From an uncultured Actinomycetes bacterium (GTDB taxonomy: Bacteria; Actinomycetota; Thermoleophilia; RBG-16-64-13): DNA of 64,000 nt. How positions within the stretch are numbered: position 1 is the stretch's first letter; the number at the start of each line of letters is the position of its first letter. Below the pieces are notes generated by a model. The model did no database searches. It had not been told where the DNA came from and saw only the letters and a program-made list of their open reading frames with translations. Both the position numbers and the translations under genes were made by a program. The stretch spans positions 1,216,001 to 1,280,000 of the forward strand of contig CAWJDT010000001.1 of NCBI GenBank assembly GCA_963841735.1. The letters run 5' to 3'. Shown here piece by piece: positions 39,148 to 51,015 of this stretch.

Positions 39148-41769
39148 ATGAGCCTCGATCAACTTTTCGACGGTTGGTCTTCCGCCGTAGCCCCCTACGC
39201 GCTGGGGCTGATGGTTGCCGCGCTGCTCTGTGCATCCCTGGCTGCCGTGGGTTGGGGGTGGCGCGCGAAGCCGGGGGGGCCGCAGTTTGTCGCGATGATG
39301 ATCGCGGCTGCGATTTGGGCGCTCCTGTATGCCCTTGAGCTGACCGCACCCAGCCTGGCTGGGAAGGTCGTATGGGCAAAGGCCGAGTATCTCGGCATCG
39401 TTGTGCTACCTGTTACATGGTTCCTATTTGCCCGCGGTCACACCGGAGGCCCAAAGAGGCGGGGCTGCCGGCTTGTGGTCTTGGTCAGTATCATTCCGGC
39501 TGTCACGGTCGCACTTGCCGGCAGCAACGAGTTCCACGGTTTGTTGTGGAGCGAGGTGTCGCTGAGCACCTCAGGGCCATTCCCCGCACTCGCCTTGGAG
39601 TACGGCCCCTGGTTCTGGGTTCATATGGTCTACTCCTACGCACTGCTCGCCTTGGGGAGCTTCCTGCTACTCAGGGCGGTATATCGCTTTCCCCAGGTCT
39701 ACCAACGACAAGCGGGGATGTTGATGATCGCGGCGCTTGCACCATGGGTGGGGAACGCACTGTTCATCTTCGGCGCGGCGCCTGCGGGGAGCCTCGACCT
39801 GACCCCGTTTGCCTTCACCGTCACCGGAGCGGCCTTGGCCGTCAGTATGTCGCGGTTCCGTCTGTTCAGCCTCCTGCCGGCTCTGCTTCCGACGGCGCGG
39901 AATCAAGTGCTCCAAACGATGAAGGACGGCGTCCTGATACTGGATGTCGACGGGCGAGTGGTGAGCGTCAATCCTGCCGCCAACAAAATGATCGGCGAGC
40001 GAGCCTCTGATGTCATCGGCCAGCCGGTGTCGGGAATCCTGGGCGATTGTCTGGCTACCCACCTTGCGACTGACGACGGGCCCGATTCGCAGTTCGAGAT
40101 ATCCCTGGGCGATAAAGCATTCCCGCGCAGCTACGATGTGGTCTCCTCGCCTGTTGGCCTTGGCCGTGGTATCGGCGTCGGTCGGCTCCTGGTCCTACGG
40201 GACATCACTACTCGCGCGCAGGCTGACGAAGCGTTGCGGGAGAGCGAAGAGCGCTACAGAGAGCTCTTCGAGCTCGAATCGGATGCGATCGTGCTCGTGG
40301 ACAACGAATCCGGCAAGATTCTGGAGGTCAACGCCGCGGCGATGGTGCTTTACGGTTACAGCCGGGAGGAATGGCTTTCTATGAATCACACCGACGTATC
40401 CGTAGAGCCCGACAAGACCCGCCAAGCCGCGGTGGACCAGCTGACGCGCATACCTGTCAGACGGCACAGGAAGAAGGACGGCACTGTCTTCCCGGTAGAG
40501 ATCACGGGCCGGCACTTCGATTGGAGGGGACGTTCCGTTCACATCGCCGCCATTCGTGACATCACCGAGCGCGTTGAGGCGGAGCAGGCTCTCCACGAGC
40601 GCGACGACCAGCTTCGCCAAGGGCAGAAGATGGAGGCCGTCGGCCAACTCGCCGGCGGTATCGCCCACGACTTTAACAATCTGCTCACTGCCATTATCGG
40701 CTACAGCGACCTGATCCTCGCTTCAAGCGAAGGCGTGGGTGATGCACTGCGAGCCGACGTGCAGGAGATCAAAGTCGCCGCTGATCGGGCCAGTGCCTTG
40801 ACCCGCCAGATCCTAGCCTTCTCTCGTCGCCAAGCCCTAAGGCCCGAGGTGGTATGTCTGAACGAGATCGTGGCCAGTACCGAACGGTTACTGTGTCGCA
40901 CTCTCGGCGAAGACATCGACCTGGTCACGCTGCTTAGCCCCGAATTGGAGCTGGTGGAAGTGGACGCGTCTCAATTTGAGCAGGTGCTAATGAATCTGGC
41001 CCTCAACTCTCGTGACGCCATGCCTAACGGGGGGAAGCTGACTATAGAAACGGCGAATGTGGAATTGAGCGACGAGTACTGTGCCTCGCACCTGGGGTCT
41101 AGGGCGGGCCTCTACGTCATGCTGGCCGTCTCCGATACTGGCGACGGCATGGACGAAGAGACGAGTTCGCGTGTCTTTGAGCCCTTCTTTACCACTAAGG
41201 AGCCGGGAAGGGGGACCGGGCTCGGGCTGTCCACCGTCTACGGCACCGTAAAACAGAGTGGCGGCAGTGTCCTAGTCAGCAGCGAGCTGAGGAAGGGCAC
41301 GACTTTTACAATATACCTGCCCCGAGTCGATGTACCGATCAAGAACCGGCCCACCTCCGCTGCCAGGTCAGGCTTGACGGGTGGTCTGGAGACGATCTTG
41401 GTGGTGGAAGACGAATCCTCGGTCCGGGATCTTGTCGCGCGGGTTCTCCAACGTCTTGGCTACCAGGTGATAGGCGCAGCGAACGGTGACGATGCTCTGG
41501 TCATTCTGGAAGACGGCAAGTGTTCGGTCGATATGTTGCTGACCGACGTGGTCTTGCCGGGAACCATGCAGGGTAACGAGCTCGCACAGGCAGTCGGCCC
41601 GCTCTACCCGCACTTGCCGGTGCTCTATATGTCGGGGTACACCCGTGACGCCATCGTCCACGCGGGCCGGCTGGACGAAGGGGTCAACTACCTCGAGAAG
41701 CCCTTCACGCCCGATGGACTAGGCCGCCGAGCGCGCGAGGTTCTGGACTCCCAAGCTGTTGGCGGGTAG
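39148..41769 (+). CDS. Hybrid sensor kinase: 7TM - PAS - PAS - HisKA - HATPase - REC
   Basis: 7TM N-terminus, RDIT motifs, [28 protein letters not shown]. Confidence 0.95.
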   Translation: MSLDQLFDGWSSAVAPYALGLMVAALLCASLAAVGWGWRAKPGGPQFVAMMIAAAIWALLYALELTAPSLAGKVVWAKAEYLGIVVLPVTWFLFARGHTGGPKRRGCRLVVLVSIIPAVTVALAGSNEFHGLLWSEVSLSTSGPFPALALEYGPWFWVHMVYSYALLALGSFLLLRAVYRFPQVYQRQAGMLMIAALAPWVGNALFIFGAAPAGSLDLTPFAFTVTGAALAVSMSRFRLFSLLPALLPTARNQVLQTMKDGVLILDVDGRVVSVNPAANKMIGERASDVIGQPVSGILGDCLATHLATDDGPDSQFEISLGDKAFPRSYDVVSSPVGLGRGIGVGRLLVLRDITTRAQADEALRESEERYRELFELESDAIVLVDNESGKILEVNAAAMVLYGYSREEWLSMNHTDVSVEPDKTRQAAVDQLTRIPVRRHRKKDGTVFPVEITGRHFDWRGRSVHIAAIRDITERVEAEQALHERDDQLRQGQKMEAVGQLAGGIAHDFNNLLTAIIGYSDLILASSEGVGDALRADVQEIKVAADRASALTRQILAFSRRQALRPEVVCLNEIVASTERLLCRTLGEDIDLVTLLSPELELVEVDASQFEQVLMNLALNSRDAMPNGGKLTIETANVELSDEYCASHLGSRAGLYVMLAVSDTGDGMDEETSSRVFEPFFTTKEPGRGTGLGLSTVYGTVKQSGGSVLVSSELRKGTTFTIYLPRVDVPIKNRPTSAARSGLTGGLETILVVEDESSVRDLVARVLQRLGYQVIGAANGDDALVILEDGKCSVDMLLTDVVLPGTMQGNELAQAVGPLYPHLPVLYMSGYTRDAIVHAGRLDEGVNYLEKPFTPDGLGRRAREVLDSQAVGG

Positions 41770-42043
41770 CACCCCCCGTTTCTGGAGTCAGTGGAGGATG
41801 ACGGTGATGGGACAGGTCAAGGCGCTCTTGCCTAAGGCGACGGGAGGGCGATCGAGAGCGCGACATCACCCGCTGCGGGGGTCCACACCCGAGATCATCA
41901 GTGGGTTCTCGGATTAGTCAGGCACACCGAGGTGTGGCCAGCCGGTGTGGACTCTAACCGGCCAAGAGGTCTGCCCGCACGGCGCCTGCGAAAATGGTTC
42001 GAGACTGGTCGCTGACGTCTTGCGTTCGAACCCAGCGGTCGCC

Positions 42044-42850
42044 CTACTTGACGTTGGCACTTCCCTTGACTGCTTGACCGGGAAAGATCCCGTGGGCCTG
42101 CAGGTAGGAGCCGTACCACGCCATCTGGCCAAGCACTTGAGCTCCAGCCTTGGGCGTCGCAAGCACGATAGGGCAGTAGCGGCCTTCGCCGGAGAAGACT
42201 GATCGCTCCAGCGGCTCGAGCGGCACGTTGATGACCGGCTTGTCGCAGACTGCAATCAGCGCGCCTATCCGCCGCATGAAGGCCGCATCCCACGCATGGA
42301 GCCCTTCCTTGCTCGGCGGGATACCTCTGGCCACCGAATCGCGGCTCGCGGCAGGACTTCCGACCACCCCCAGCACGAGCACGGCATCAACCGCGTCGGA
42401 TCGTGTGATCAGCTCCAGCACTCGCTCGATCGCCTCCGCGTCTCCAGAGGTGACCATGTCGATAGGGTTCCCGTGGCTCCAAAAGGGCGGAAGGATCTGA
42501 TCCAATTCCGCAAGGAGGTCGGGGGCAGATCGGCGAGCACCAGCCCGTTGCGGGCGACCTCGTCGGCAGCGATGACGCCCCAACCTCCCCCCAGCGTGAC
42601 CACAGCCACCCGGCGTCCCCTGGGGAGCGGCAGATGAGCCAACGAGACGGCAAGATCGATGCCCTCCTCGGGAGAGGTGGTGCCGACAGCCCCAGTCTGC
42701 CGGGCCGATGCCTCGCGGACCGCGGCGGTGCCGGCCATGGCCCCTGTGTGAGACGCCGCGGCATGGCTACCGAATGCGGTCATGCCTCCCCGAACGACCA
42801 CGATCGGCTTGTGGGGTGTCGTTCGGCGAGCGACGTCCATCAGCCGGCGA
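42044..42850 (-). pseudogene. 5'-truncated ADP-forming acetate--CoA ligase family fragment with a frameshift
   Basis: KPIVVVRGG, AAASHTGAMAG, GGWGVIAAD, NPIDM; N-terminal CoA-binding domain missing; frameshift near 42520. Confidence 0.8.
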
Positions 42851-43190
42851 CTGCAACACCTATCTGGGTCAATACCGAGGCCGGCACGTAGCCGGCAAAA
42901 ACAACGTGTTAGGCGAAGCCTTGCGCTACTGCAGTTTCGAGCTTGGCGATCAGGAAATCGTGGGGCTGCTTTCGGATGGACCTGTCGAACTGCTGGACAT
43001 CGCGGTCGATCAAGGCTAGAAGCTAGGACGTGGCGACAATCTTCCGTTCGGTTGAATCCCACGTGCTCATCCGGGGGCAGACTCGACACCTGGCAACGGA
43101 CCGGGACGGTTCGACCCAGCGCAGTCCGGGTATCCACGAAAGGAAGAGTCACACACACCAACAGGGTGCGTCAGCATCGGGAGATAACTA

Positions 43191-44342
43191 GTGGACTCAC
43201 TTGGCAAGGACTACGCAGCGGGGCTCTTCTGGGACTGCGAACCACCCTGCCTCTCGCTCTACCAGCCGACTCATCGGCACCGTCCGGAAAACCAGCAAGA
43301 TCCAATCCGGTTTGGGAACCTCGTGAAGGCGCTGGAGAAATCGCTGCTGCAGAAGTATCCGACGCGTGAGATCCGGACTCTCTTGGACCCCTTCCTCGCA
43401 TTGCTGCAAGACCGCGACTTCTGGGCGCATACCCTTGAGGGACTGGCGGTGATGGGCGCAAAAGACGTGTTTCGAGCCTACAGACTCCAGCAGCCGGTTG
43501 CCGAGCTGGCCGTCGTCGCCGACAGCTTTCACACAAAGCCTCTGTTGCGCATGCTCCAGTCGGCCGATCGCTATCAAGTGCTCGGCCTGAGCCAGCAAGA
43601 GATCAAGCTCTTTGTGGGTAACCGTGACGCCTTGGATGAGATCGAGCCGGCCCCCGGTATTCCGCGGACGATCACCGAGGCGCTGGGGGAAGAACTGACC
43701 GAGCCACACCAGACCGTCGCTTCATACGGCGGTGTGGGCGGATCCCACCCGGCCATGCATCATGGCCAGGGCGGGAGGGAGTCTGAGAGGGACATTGACG
43801 CGGAACGCCTTTTCCGCGCTGTCGACCGGGGGATCCTGGAGCACCACTCGCGGCCATCGGCCATTCCTCTGATCTTGGCGACGTTGCCGGAGCATCGTCG
43901 ACTATTTCATCAAGTCAGCCATAACCCGTTCTTGATGGAGGAGGGGATCGACGTCTTCCCAGACGTCCTGTCCGTAGACGAACTCCGCCAGCGGGCCTGG
44001 CAGGTCGTCGAACCTCGCTACCTGGAACGGCTGGACGCGCTGATTGAGGAGTTCGGCACGGCCAAGGCCAACGATCTCGGTGAGGAAGATGTGATGCGCG
44101 TCGCCAAGGCGGTTATCGCCGGACGGGCCGCGACTCTGCTTATAGAAGCCGACCGCCAGATTCCCGGCCGAATCGACGCAGAGACCGGAGACATCGAGTT
44201 TGCGGACGCGGCTGACCCGGAGGTAGATGAGGTGCTCGATGACCTGGGAGAGTTGATCTTGAAGATGGGCGGAAAGGTCGTGGTCGTCCCCGCTGAGCGG
44301 ATGCCGACCAAAACGGGGATAGCCGCCATCTACCGCTACTGA
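43191..44342 (+). CDS. Bacterial archaeo-eukaryotic release factor homolog (baeRF, Balon-like)
   Basis: CLSLYQPTHR, IRFGNL, VADSFHTKPL, FRAVD, LDDL...GG.V, GIAAIYRY. Confidence 0.85.
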   Translation: MDSLGKDYAAGLFWDCEPPCLSLYQPTHRHRPENQQDPIRFGNLVKALEKSLLQKYPTREIRTLLDPFLALLQDRDFWAHTLEGLAVMGAKDVFRAYRLQQPVAELAVVADSFHTKPLLRMLQSADRYQVLGLSQQEIKLFVGNRDALDEIEPAPGIPRTITEALGEELTEPHQTVASYGGVGGSHPAMHHGQGGRESERDIDAERLFRAVDRGILEHHSRPSAIPLILATLPEHRRLFHQVSHNPFLMEEGIDVFPDVLSVDELRQRAWQVVEPRYLERLDALIEEFGTAKANDLGEEDVMRVAKAVIAGRAATLLIEADRQIPGRIDAETGDIEFADAADPEVDEVLDDLGELILKMGGKVVVVPAERMPTKTGIAAIYRY

Positions 44343-44355
44343 AGAGGACGTACAC

Positions 44356-44673
44356 ATGGATATTCAGATCAATACCGACAGCAACATCAAAGGCGACAAC
44401 GCGCTCACTCAGCGGGTCGAGACCATTCTGAGAGAGACCCTAGACCATTTCAGCAAGCACATCACGCGGGCTGAAGTCCACCTAACAGATGAGGATAGCA
44501 GCAGCAAATCCAGCACCAACGACAAGCGCTGCTTGCTAGAGGTCCGCCTCATCGACCATCAACCGATCGCGGTGAGCCATCAAGCCTCTACTCTGGAGCG
44601 GGCCGTCGATGGCGCTGCTAAGAAGATGAAGCATTTGCTCGTCAGCACGCTCGGGCGGTTGGGCAGTCGCTAG
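44356..44673 (+). CDS. HPF/RaiA family ribosome-associated protein
   Basis: IQINTD, ITRAEVHLTDE, DKRCLLEVR, AVDGA. Confidence 0.88.
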   Translation: MDIQINTDSNIKGDNALTQRVETILRETLDHFSKHITRAEVHLTDEDSSSKSSTNDKRCLLEVRLIDHQPIAVSHQASTLERAVDGAAKKMKHLLVSTLGRLGSR

Positions 44674-44692
44674 TGGGCGGCGTCCCAGCGTC

Positions 44693-45967
44693 TCAGGTAT
44701 CGCCGGAGGACTGGGGGACGTGCTGATCACGATTCTTGTGCCCCACGAGATACTTGATAGTCGTCCCCTGCACCAACACCGAGAACACCACCACAACGTA
44801 GGTGATGGTTATCACGAGGGTGCGGTTCTGCCCCACGGGCAGAGACAACGCCAGTGCGACAGGGATCGCCCCACGAATACCCGCCCAGGTGATAAGCGGA
44901 AGCGCGCGACGGGCACGAGAGCCTCGTGGTCTTAGCGCCAGCATCGGGACCCCCACGGAGACAAAGCGGGCGAACAAGACAATCGGGATGGCCGCGATCC
45001 CCGCGACCAAGCCCAGCCACGAGAACTGGTCGACGAACAGGAGCACCTCCAGACCTATGATGACGAAGAGGACCGCGTTGAGGATGATGTCGACCATCTC
45101 CCAGAATCTGTCGAGGTTCTGTACCGTCGTGGCCGACATGCCGCGGGCCCGTCCCTGGTTGCCGATGACTATCCCCGCCACCACCATGGCGAGCGGACCC
45201 GAGATCCCCAGGGCCAAGGCGCTCGCGTACCCGGCGCTCACCAGAGCGAGCGTGATGATGATCTCAATGGGGAAGTCGTCAATCGTCTTGAGGATCATGT
45301 AGCCCATCCAGCCAAGGCCGAGGCCGAAGACGAAACCGCCGATCGCTTCCCGCAGGAACAGGGTAAATGCATGCAGCGCCAGCGAACCCGTGTGGTCACC
45401 GGTCACGGTCCCTAGAAGGACGACGAACACGACAACGGCGAAGCCGTCGTTGAACAGTGATTCGCCGGTGAGGAGCGCCTCGAGATTCTTGCTGGCCCGG
45501 GCTCTGCGCATGATGGGAAGCACGGCAAGAGGATCGGTCGGCGAGATGAGCGCGCCAAACAGAAGACAGTAGCCCAAGGGAAGACTCAGGCCGATGGCAC
45601 TCACCAAACCGAACATCGCAAACCCGACGATGACCGTTGAGCCGAGCACGCCGATCGTGGCAAGCGAGAAGACCTGCCAGCGGACCGCGGTGAGGGATTC
45701 CAGGCTGAGGTTCAGCGCGCCTGCGAAGAGGAGATAGCTGAGAAGGCCGCCAAGGAGAAGGCGGTTAAGGTCCACGTCGCCCAAGAACTGCCGGGCCGGG
45801 GCGATGACGGGAAGGCCGGCTAGGTGCAGAGCGATCAGAAGGAGAGAGACGATCAAAGCCAGCAGCATGAGGCCGATCGTCGGGGCGAGCTTGAGGAACC
45901 GACTGTTGAGATAGCCAAATAGGGCCGCCAGAGAGATGAGAACGGCGATCGCGGTAAAGACGTTCAT
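44693..45967 (-). CDS. Na+/H+ antiporter, CPA1 family
   Basis: LLFAGAL, ISPTDP, GESLFNDG, WAGIRG. Confidence 0.93.
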   Translation of the reverse strand: MNVFTAIAVLISLAALFGYLNSRFLKLAPTIGLMLLALIVSLLLIALHLAGLPVIAPARQFLGDVDLNRLLLGGLLSYLLFAGALNLSLESLTAVRWQVFSLATIGVLGSTVIVGFAMFGLVSAIGLSLPLGYCLLFGALISPTDPLAVLPIMRRARASKNLEALLTGESLFNDGFAVVVFVVLLGTVTGDHTGSLALHAFTLFLREAIGGFVFGLGLGWMGYMILKTIDDFPIEIIITLALVSAGYASALALGISGPLAMVVAGIVIGNQGRARGMSATTVQNLDRFWEMVDIILNAVLFVIIGLEVLLFVDQFSWLGLVAGIAAIPIVLFARFVSVGVPMLALRPRGSRARRALPLITWAGIRGAIPVALALSLPVGQNRTLVITITYVVVVFSVLVQGTTIKYLVGHKNRDQHVPQSSGDT

Positions 45968-46122
45968 CGGTTCTGATGATGACGTGCATCGCGGCGGTCT
46001 GCAACCGCGTGTCTTAGAATCGCGGTTCCTGGGAAAAAGCCTCAATGTGTAGCAATGTCGGTAGCCGATCCTTCCATGCGTTATCGGGAAGCCTGGCTCC
46101 TCGTGAACAATCGGAGGATCAG

Positions 46123-46629
46123 ATGGAATCCAGCTCGTTAGAAGAACTGATAGCGCAACTGGGCGACCGGGACGGAGGCAAACGCCAGCGGGCGCGCGAG
46201 ACGCTGGTCGCAGTGGGTGAACCGGCGATACCGTCGCTGGTGGCGCTGCTGGCGAACTCCCAGGTCCGTCTGCGCTGGGAGGCCGCCAAAGCCCTGACGG
46301 AGATCCCCGATCCCGCCGCGATTCCCGGCTTGGTCTCGCTCCTTGCCGATCCAAAGTCCGAGATTCGTTGGTTGGCGGCTATCGGGCTCATAAACCTAGG
46401 CAATCGTTCCGTTCCCCACGTGTTGCAGGCCCTAACGGAGCAAGCAGAGTCAAAGGGCTTTCGGGATGCCTCCCACCACGTCCTGCACGACTTGTCTGAA
46501 CGGAATGTTGTCGTTCGGGAGATTTTGGCGCCCATGCTCGCCGTCCTGGGTGAGACCGAACCGGCCGGGGTCATCTCTTCCCGGGCCGAGATGACGCTCC
46601 ACGAGTTGCGGGCGCTGAGTGGCGGATAG
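46123..46629 (+). CDS. HEAT-repeat protein
   Basis: RWEAAKAL, IRWLAAIGL repeats; GGAGG SD. Confidence 0.85.
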   Translation: MESSSLEELIAQLGDRDGGKRQRARETLVAVGEPAIPSLVALLANSQVRLRWEAAKALTEIPDPAAIPGLVSLLADPKSEIRWLAAIGLINLGNRSVPHVLQALTEQAESKGFRDASHHVLHDLSERNVVVREILAPMLAVLGETEPAGVISSRAEMTLHELRALSGG

Positions 46630-46644
46630 GTGTAGCTGGGCCGC

Positions 46645-48291
<1,647 letters not shown>

Positions 48292-48486
48292 CAGGTGGGG
48301 GCAAGGTCTATGAGCTCACCGGCAGTGTGATGTGGGAGGGTGGCGAGCGCCAGGGCGAGAATTGGGCCGGAGCTGACTTGACGGCTGAAACAGACGACGC
48401 CACTCACTTTCGGGAGGAGCTCGATTCCTTTCCGGTTGTGGGTCCATTAGCGGATTGAATCTAACTCTGAAAGGACTTGCCTGGGA

Positions 48487-50466
48487 ATGGAGAATCAGAG
48501 TTCGAATCACCACGCGATGATGGTGGCGGGCTTCCGTCGCCGGTTCTGGGTCTCACTCATCATCACTGTCCCCATTCTTCTGCTCTCTCCGAACGTTCAG
48601 GGTCCCCTCCATCTCAAGGCCCTGGCTTTTTCCGGGGACCGGTACGTGCTCCTAGCCTTGAGCGCGTTCGTGTACGCCTGGGGCGGTTTCCCCTTCGTGC
48701 GTGGGGCCGTCCAAGAGCTGCGAGTGCGGCAACCGGCCATGATGACCCTCATCGCCGTCGCCATTTCCGCCGCCTTCGTCTACAGCGCGGCGGTGGTCCT
48801 CGGTGTGCGCGGAGAGATCTTCTTCTGGGAGCTGGCCACTTTGGTGGACATCATGCTCCTCGGGCACTGGCTGGAGATGCGCTCGGTCATGGGCGCCTCG
48901 CGGGCTCTTGAGGAACTCGCCCGATTGATGCCGGACGAGGCCCACTTGCTGGCCGAGGACGGAAGTGTGAGCGATATGCCACTGGCCGAGCTCAGAACCG
49001 GCGACCGTGTACTGGTTCGACCGGGTGAGAAGGTCCCCATCGACGGGCAGGTGGTCAAGGGAGGTAGCTCCTTGAACGAAGCCATGCTGACCGGGGAATC
49101 GACGCCGGTAGACAAGAGCGAGGGCGATAAGGTCATCGGGGGCTCCATAAACGGGGAGGGCTCGCTCGAGGTCGCCGTGGAGAAGACCGGGGCCGACACC
49201 TACCTGGCCCAGGTCATCGACCTGGTGAGGCAGGCCCAAGAGAGCAAGTCCCGCGGTCAGAACATTGCCGATCGCGCCGCCTTCGTGCTTACCATCGTGG
49301 CCCTGTCGGTGGGCACGATAACCTTGGTCGTCTGGCTGCTCCTCGGGCGCAGTTTCGAGTTCTCCCTGGGACGGAGCATCACCGTTATGGTGATCACGTG
49401 TCCGCATGCTCTCGGTCTGGCCATACCGTTGGTCGTGGCCGTGTCCACCGCGCTCGGCGCCAAGAGCGGTCTTCTTATCAGAGACCGTGGTGCCTTCGAG
49501 CGCTCGCGGGGGGTGAACGCGGTCGTGTTCGACAAGACCGGGACCTTGACCGAAGGCCGCTTCGGCGTGAACAACATCTGGACCTTCGGCGATCAAGCGG
49601 CTGATGAGATCCTGGCTCTGACCGCTTCTCTCGAGAGCCGCTCCGAGCACCCCATCGCTCAGGGGATAGTTCGTTCGGCCGTTGAGAAGGGGCTCAAGCT
49701 TCTGGAGGTGGACGATTTTACCTCGATCCCCGGTAAGGGAGTGGGCGCCTCGGCGCACGGAAGACAGCTGAAGGTGGTGAGTCCGGGCTATCTCACCGAG
49801 CAGGGCATCGGAGCCCCCTCTATTGACACAGAAGAGCAGCCCCTCACCGTGGTGTACCTGCTGGAGGGCGAGATTCCTCTGGGTGCGCTTGGTCTGGCCG
49901 ATGTGGTCCGGGCCGAGTCCAGGGAGGCGGTCAAAGGCTTACAGAGGCTGGGCATCAAGGCCATCATGATCACCGGAGACAACGAGGTCGTAGCCCGCTG
50001 GGTGGCTGAGGAGCTGGGCCTGGACGAGTACTATGCCGGAGTGCTTCCCGAAGACAAGGCGCAGCGAATCAAAGACTTGCAGAGCAAGGGACTAATGGTC
50101 GGCATGGTGGGGGACGGGGTGAACGATGCTCCCGCTCTTGCCCAGGCCGACGTGGGGGTTGCCATCGGAGCCGGTACCGACGTGGCCATCGAGTCGGCGG
50201 ACATCGTCCTTGTAAAGAACGACCCCCGCAACGTTCTCGATCTCTTCTCGCTTTCGCGGGCCACCTGGCGAAAGATGGTGCAGAACCTGGTTTGGGCCAC
50301 CGGCTACAACGTGGTCGCCCTTCCCCTTGCAGCTGGGGTGGCCGCCGGGGCCGGAGTGGTGCTCACCCCGGCGGTGGGTGCCGCTCTCATGTCTGTGAGC
50401 ACCATAATCGTGGCCATCAATGCCCGGCTTTTGGGAGCGAAGAAGCGGGAGGTAGCCGCGGGATGA
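48487..50466 (+). CDS. copB: Copper-translocating P1B-3 type ATPase
   Basis: TGES, CPH, DKTGT, SEHP, GDGVNDAP, GYN, MSVST. Confidence 0.92.
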   Translation: MENQSSNHHAMMVAGFRRRFWVSLIITVPILLLSPNVQGPLHLKALAFSGDRYVLLALSAFVYAWGGFPFVRGAVQELRVRQPAMMTLIAVAISAAFVYSAAVVLGVRGEIFFWELATLVDIMLLGHWLEMRSVMGASRALEELARLMPDEAHLLAEDGSVSDMPLAELRTGDRVLVRPGEKVPIDGQVVKGGSSLNEAMLTGESTPVDKSEGDKVIGGSINGEGSLEVAVEKTGADTYLAQVIDLVRQAQESKSRGQNIADRAAFVLTIVALSVGTITLVVWLLLGRSFEFSLGRSITVMVITCPHALGLAIPLVVAVSTALGAKSGLLIRDRGAFERSRGVNAVVFDKTGTLTEGRFGVNNIWTFGDQAADEILALTASLESRSEHPIAQGIVRSAVEKGLKLLEVDDFTSIPGKGVGASAHGRQLKVVSPGYLTEQGIGAPSIDTEEQPLTVVYLLEGEIPLGALGLADVVRAESREAVKGLQRLGIKAIMITGDNEVVARWVAEELGLDEYYAGVLPEDKAQRIKDLQSKGLMVGMVGDGVNDAPALAQADVGVAIGAGTDVAIESADIVLVKNDPRNVLDLFSLSRATWRKMVQNLVWATGYNVVALPLAAGVAAGAGVVLTPAVGAALMSVSTIIVAINARLLGAKKREVAAG

Positions 50467-50559
50467 AATATGCGGACACGGACGGATCGTGTATGAGTGG
50501 ACGAAGGGGCGGAGCCCGTGGGGCTCGTCGCAAGGGCTTGGTCAAAGGAGGTGCCCAAA

Positions 50560-50823
50560 TTGGCCAACAATGGGCCAAATAGCAGATTGCGTCTGGCCGA
50601 AAGGGAGAGCTCGGATGGCCCGGTCGGGGCGCTCATATGTGCGGGAGTCGCTCTTCTTGGAGCCCTCGTCTTCTGGGTACCGACTGCCTTCGCGGGCTCC
50701 TATCCGGCTGTTGCCCGCCTCGGCGGGGCGCTGTGGACATTCGTCCCTATGATGATCGTGCTAATGCCCATCGTCATCCCGCGCTTGAACAAGCTTCAGA
50801 TGGGAAGGAGGAAGCCGTCATGA
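50560..50823 (+). CDS. Small two-TM hypothetical protein
   Basis: AAGGAGG SD with a TTG start; two hydrophobic segments. Confidence 0.55.
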   Translation: MANNGPNSRLRLAERESSDGPVGALICAGVALLGALVFWVPTAFAGSYPAVARLGGALWTFVPMMIVLMPIVIPRLNKLQMGRRKPS

Positions 50824-51015
50824 GGCCTGAGTTTTGCGAGGAGACCGGAGACGCATGACCGGGATGAAAGTGCCCTGCGGGACCCAACATCTTGTCGCTG
50901 CCACGTCGCGTTCTGTGGAAGGTGGCCGCTCCGTTGCCGTGAAACCACTCGTAGGTGAGCCCGAGCGGGGTCTGATGCGAGCGGCTCACGCCGGGAGTGC
51001 CAGAAAGGAGGTCCC

